From: Nitrosopumilus sp.
GTDB taxonomy: Archaea > Thermoproteota > Nitrososphaeria > Nitrososphaerales > Nitrosopumilaceae
NCBI GenBank assembly: GCA_965214775.1
Contig: OZ243974.1
Location: 2,432,001 to 2,496,000, forward strand
DNA length: 64,000 bases
Reading direction: 5' to 3'
Each line of letters opens with the position of its first letter. Position 1 is the first letter of the stretch. The translations under genes and the position numbers were made by a program. Shown in pieces: positions 60,779 to 64,000 of the stretch. A model generated the notes under the pieces. It was not told the origin of the DNA. It made no database searches and saw nothing but the letters and a program-made list of their open reading frames with translations.

Positions 60779-61576
60779 TTGCTATACAAGCCATCATACA
60801 CGCTAAATAATGAGGCACCATTCGAAGACCAAATGGCCAGATACCTGATGAAAAAGTGGAAAGTCATACAGGAAGGCGGCTATGAGGGAGCGGTTTTCCT
60901 GTTAGACGAGTTTCATACGATCAAGAATGTAAAACAGAACAACTGGCACATGCTTACCGATTTTACCGGGGCGATAAACGACGTACAAACCAGGGGTTGC
61001 CGATATTCGTTTGTTTTATGCGGACTTCCAATTCTGCCAGAAAACGTCAAGATAGCACGCTCTTATTCGGAGAGGATGTTTGCATCTGTGCCAATAACCA
61101 GTCTAGATACTGCAAGTGCCAGGAAGGTCATCTCAGGGCCACTCATCGATACCGACTGGAAATTCTCTGATGAACTAGTGGACTCGATCGTACGAGACAC
61201 GGACGGATACCCGTATTTTATCCAGTTCTTCTGTAGCGAGATTATAAATCGCATAAACAGGGAAGAGATTGATGTTGGCTACTACGAGCAGGTTTAAAAT
61301 TCAATAAAAGACAGTCTGTGGCTTGATTTTTTTGATTATCGTATGAAAGCGTTAAGCAGTGGACAGAGGCAAATTTTATACTCAATGGCTTCCATACCGA
61401 AGGGAAAAATTACCTTCTCATCTATCTACAACCTGGTGAATATGAGCAAGGGAACATTCTCAAAACATCTAAAACGCCTTGAGGAAAAGGGCCTTATCTA
61501 TCGGCCCGAACGTGGAATATACCAGCTTCTGCTGCCAATGCTACGAGAGTACCTTCTGAGACGAGACCCAAATTAA
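60779..61576 (+). pseudogene. AAA/STAND-like ATPase with C-terminal wHTH; N-terminally truncated, internal stop
   Basis: Walker B LLDEF, TDGYPYFIQ, then same-frame wHTH (KHLKRLEEKGLIY) after TAA at 61295-61297. Confidence 0.75.
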
Positions 61577-61577
61577 A

Positions 61578-61659
61578 TAGACTTTATGCGTAATCGGTTC
61601 AGATCTGGGATTATTATGAACAAATTCATCTCATTCAGGTCGATTACGCATACAGTCTA
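61578..61659. mobile_element. MITE family A, second full copy
   Basis: tagactttatgcgtaatcg...cgattacgcatacagtcta. Confidence 0.85.
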
Positions 61660-62027
61660 ATGTCCAAATTCATAAAAAGTAACTTCGAAGCAACTCTAGT
61701 TCCAAAGTCGGCAAAACGGGGTTCCCGGAGAAAGTCGGCAAAGTCGGCAAAACGGGGTTTCAGATACTTAAACATGATCTCAAAGATTCTTAGACCAGGA
61801 TTGTCGCCTAATTCATCAGAATTTCTGAAAACCATCGAGTTGCCATATGGATCAGGCGTGCAAAAGGGCGGAAATTCAGAAAAACGTGCAGATTGAGCCA
61901 AACAAGTGGAATTGGGCGGCATCCCACCCCTTTGATACCGTGCGCTTGCCATATATCAGAACGTCCATAATCATGGATGTTATAATATATATTAAAATAG
62001 GATAAAAAGTGAATATTATAATACAAA

Positions 62028-62684
62028 TTGAAATCCACCACGCTGTTTCAAAAACTGCAAATAGACAAAAAGGAGCTCGTCACGTCCGCGGAGCTAAAAC
62101 AATACTGCAAAAAGGGGGGCTTTGACTATGATCTGGCGATTAAAAGCCTGGTGAGGGGCAGGCGCCTAGTGAGGGTTTTTCGCGGAATATACTATGTAAG
62201 GGCGCCAGACGAGATTGTTTTGGGAAAAAGCAGGTACAGTCATCTTGAGCTGGTGGCAAGGGGACTGGATCTGAAGAATGTGGAAAACTGGTATTATGGC
62301 CTTTATACTGCGCTCAAGCTCAACAATATGACACACGAGACATTTGTAGTCAGCGACGTCATAAACGACTCGATATTCCGGCAGAACCCCATGAAAATAG
62401 GCGATCACAGGTTCAAATTCACAAAAATTTCAAAAAAACTAACAGGTTTTGGAATAAGAAGGGGAGGGGGAGGAAAAATCAGGTATTCGGATCCGGAGAA
62501 AACAATCCTTGACTTTATCTACCTGTGGCGGCAGAACGGAAGATCAAGCAAAAGAATAGTGTCCGACGTGATTGACTGGAGTCAAAAAATCTCAGAAAAA
62601 AGAATGAAAAAATACTTGAAAAATTACCCGAAAACAACGAAGGAAACAGCATGTGAGGTACTGCATGAGAGAGAATCTGATTGA
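62028..62684 (+). CDS. Type IV TA antitoxin, AbiEi-like
   Basis: RVFRGIYY wHTH, YYGLYTAL, SDPEKTILD motif. Confidence 0.85.
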   Translation: MKSTTLFQKLQIDKKELVTSAELKQYCKKGGFDYDLAIKSLVRGRRLVRVFRGIYYVRAPDEIVLGKSRYSHLELVARGLDLKNVENWYYGLYTALKLNNMTHETFVVSDVINDSIFRQNPMKIGDHRFKFTKISKKLTGFGIRRGGGGKIRYSDPEKTILDFIYLWRQNGRSSKRIVSDVIDWSQKISEKRMKKYLKNYPKTTKETACEVLHERESD

Positions 62685-63597
62685 CGCGGTAGCCGACAGG
62701 CTTGGCGTTCCTCAAAAGGAGCTGCTAGAAAAGGACATGATCCTGCATGAAATTTTGTACAGACTTTGTGATGACGAGTATTTTCTGGAAAACTATGTCT
62801 TCAAGGGCGGAACGTGCCTTGTAAAGTCATACATTGGATACCACAGGTTTTCTGAGGATCTAGACTTTACGTGGAGGGATCAGCCCGCATTTGAGGGAAA
62901 ATCCCGCAAAGAAATTTACAATAGGGCGTCTTCTGAGGCCGGCAAACTGGGTGGGATGCTTGAAAAAATCGCGGATGAGTTCGACTTGGAATTCAAAAAC
63001 GACCAAAAGGACACCGGTTACTTTCAGTTCGGAGGGGGAGGAAAAATGCTCACGGTTTTTGTGTGGTATCGGTCAGAAATTGAGAGCAGGCGCTCCATGA
63101 TTAAAATCCAGGTAAATTTTCTAGAAAAAATCCATTATGGCACTGAGAGGCGAAAATTATCCGGCATGATAAGCGGAGACGAGAGCCTGAAACTTGTCTT
63201 TGGCAACCACCCGTATCTTGAGGAGATACAGTGCTTGGCATACAGACCGGAGGAGATACTGTGTGAGAAAATCCGGGCTATAATGACCAGACGTGGAATA
63301 AAGGCGAGGGATTTTCTTGACATCTTCCTAATCTGTGAGAAGATTGGAATAAGATTACCCGATGTTGCAGAAAATGCGGTTTCCAAGATAAACTACTCTG
63401 CAAAGATGAACAAGAAGCATCGCAACAACTTGGAAGGTAAAGCAGAGTCACTGAAATCCGGCGAATTGTTTGCGTGGGAGGATGAAGAAAACCGCCTACT
63501 GCTTGCAGATATTGACAAGGAAGGATTCATGGCGTTCAAGGGTGAGTTGGAGGCGTTTTTACAGGAATCAATCGTGCCTAATTTGAAAAGAGACTGA
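62665..63597 (+). CDS. Type IV TA toxin, AbiEii nucleotidyltransferase
   Basis: EKD, FKGGT, RFSEDLDF, EKIRA, RDFLD motifs. Confidence 0.92.
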   Translation: MRENLIDAVADRLGVPQKELLEKDMILHEILYRLCDDEYFLENYVFKGGTCLVKSYIGYHRFSEDLDFTWRDQPAFEGKSRKEIYNRASSEAGKLGGMLEKIADEFDLEFKNDQKDTGYFQFGGGGKMLTVFVWYRSEIESRRSMIKIQVNFLEKIHYGTERRKLSGMISGDESLKLVFGNHPYLEEIQCLAYRPEEILCEKIRAIMTRRGIKARDFLDIFLICEKIGIRLPDVAENAVSKINYSAKMNKKHRNNLEGKAESLKSGELFAWEDEENRLLLADIDKEGFMAFKGELEAFLQESIVPNLKRD

Positions 63598-63639
63598 ATG
63601 TCGATTGCGCAGGACATGCGGTTGGCAGACGCCGAGTAC

Positions 63640-64000
63640 AGCGTGGTTATGAGCTCCTATCAATCAGGCATGAATTGGCATGTATGGTTATGATTTTCAC
63701 GCCTGGCCAACAGGGGGACGTGACCACATACACGTTTTGCACCCTGCGGCGCGACAGGCCGTGCCGGCACATCAGTCTTCGGACATGTTCTGTGCCGTAT
63801 TCTATCCCGGTGGCATCCCTTATGTCGTCGCGCACCGTCGTGACATCGATCCGCTGCGTGTAGTGGACAGGTCCATTATGGCGGCAATCCTTTTTCCGTC
63901 CGCCTCGCCTGCATCCGGAACGGAGGATCCCGGAGGCCGTTCATGCCGTCCTCTAAAAACCTCGCCGGCCGGCTGCGCACGGAATTCTCACTGCACCGGA
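63640..64000 (-). pseudogene. IS630-family transposase 5' fragment (winged helix), interrupted by a small insertion
   Basis: IRDATGIEYGTEHVRRLMCRHGLS resembles the IS630 HTH domain. Confidence 0.6.

Overview
Archaeal chromosome segment that looks like a thaumarchaeote (Nitrosopumilaceae-like; a host-associated lifestyle such as a sponge symbiont is my inference from the serpin/subtilase cargo and the IS load). The left part is core genome: a probable type I-B cas8b running off the window edge, tRNA-Asn, the S10/spc ribosomal protein cluster, a SPOUT methyltransferase and psmA. uL24 carries a very long acidic repeat tail. Other core blocks are cdvB, ccdA/redoxin, bioFBA/bioD, a DAACS transporter, HMG-CoA synthase and DsbA. 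Between them lie IS481, IS5, IS6, IS66 and IS630 elements, several MITE families, DNA methyltransferases and AbiE-type TA loci. The main discovery is a ~16.4-kb element (41242-57620) encoding a tyrosine recombinase. It has ~30-bp imperfect terminal inverted repeats and non-identical 6-bp crossover spacers, and it is inserted exactly in an IS66 transposase gene; removing it restores the frame YYDKPVTVDGY. It carries a four-fold array of a conserved hairpin-rich non-coding module paired with AbrB-family genes, plus a secreted serpin and a giant subtilase-like protein with a degenerate catalytic triad. All calls are from reading the sequence by eye; no database searches were run.
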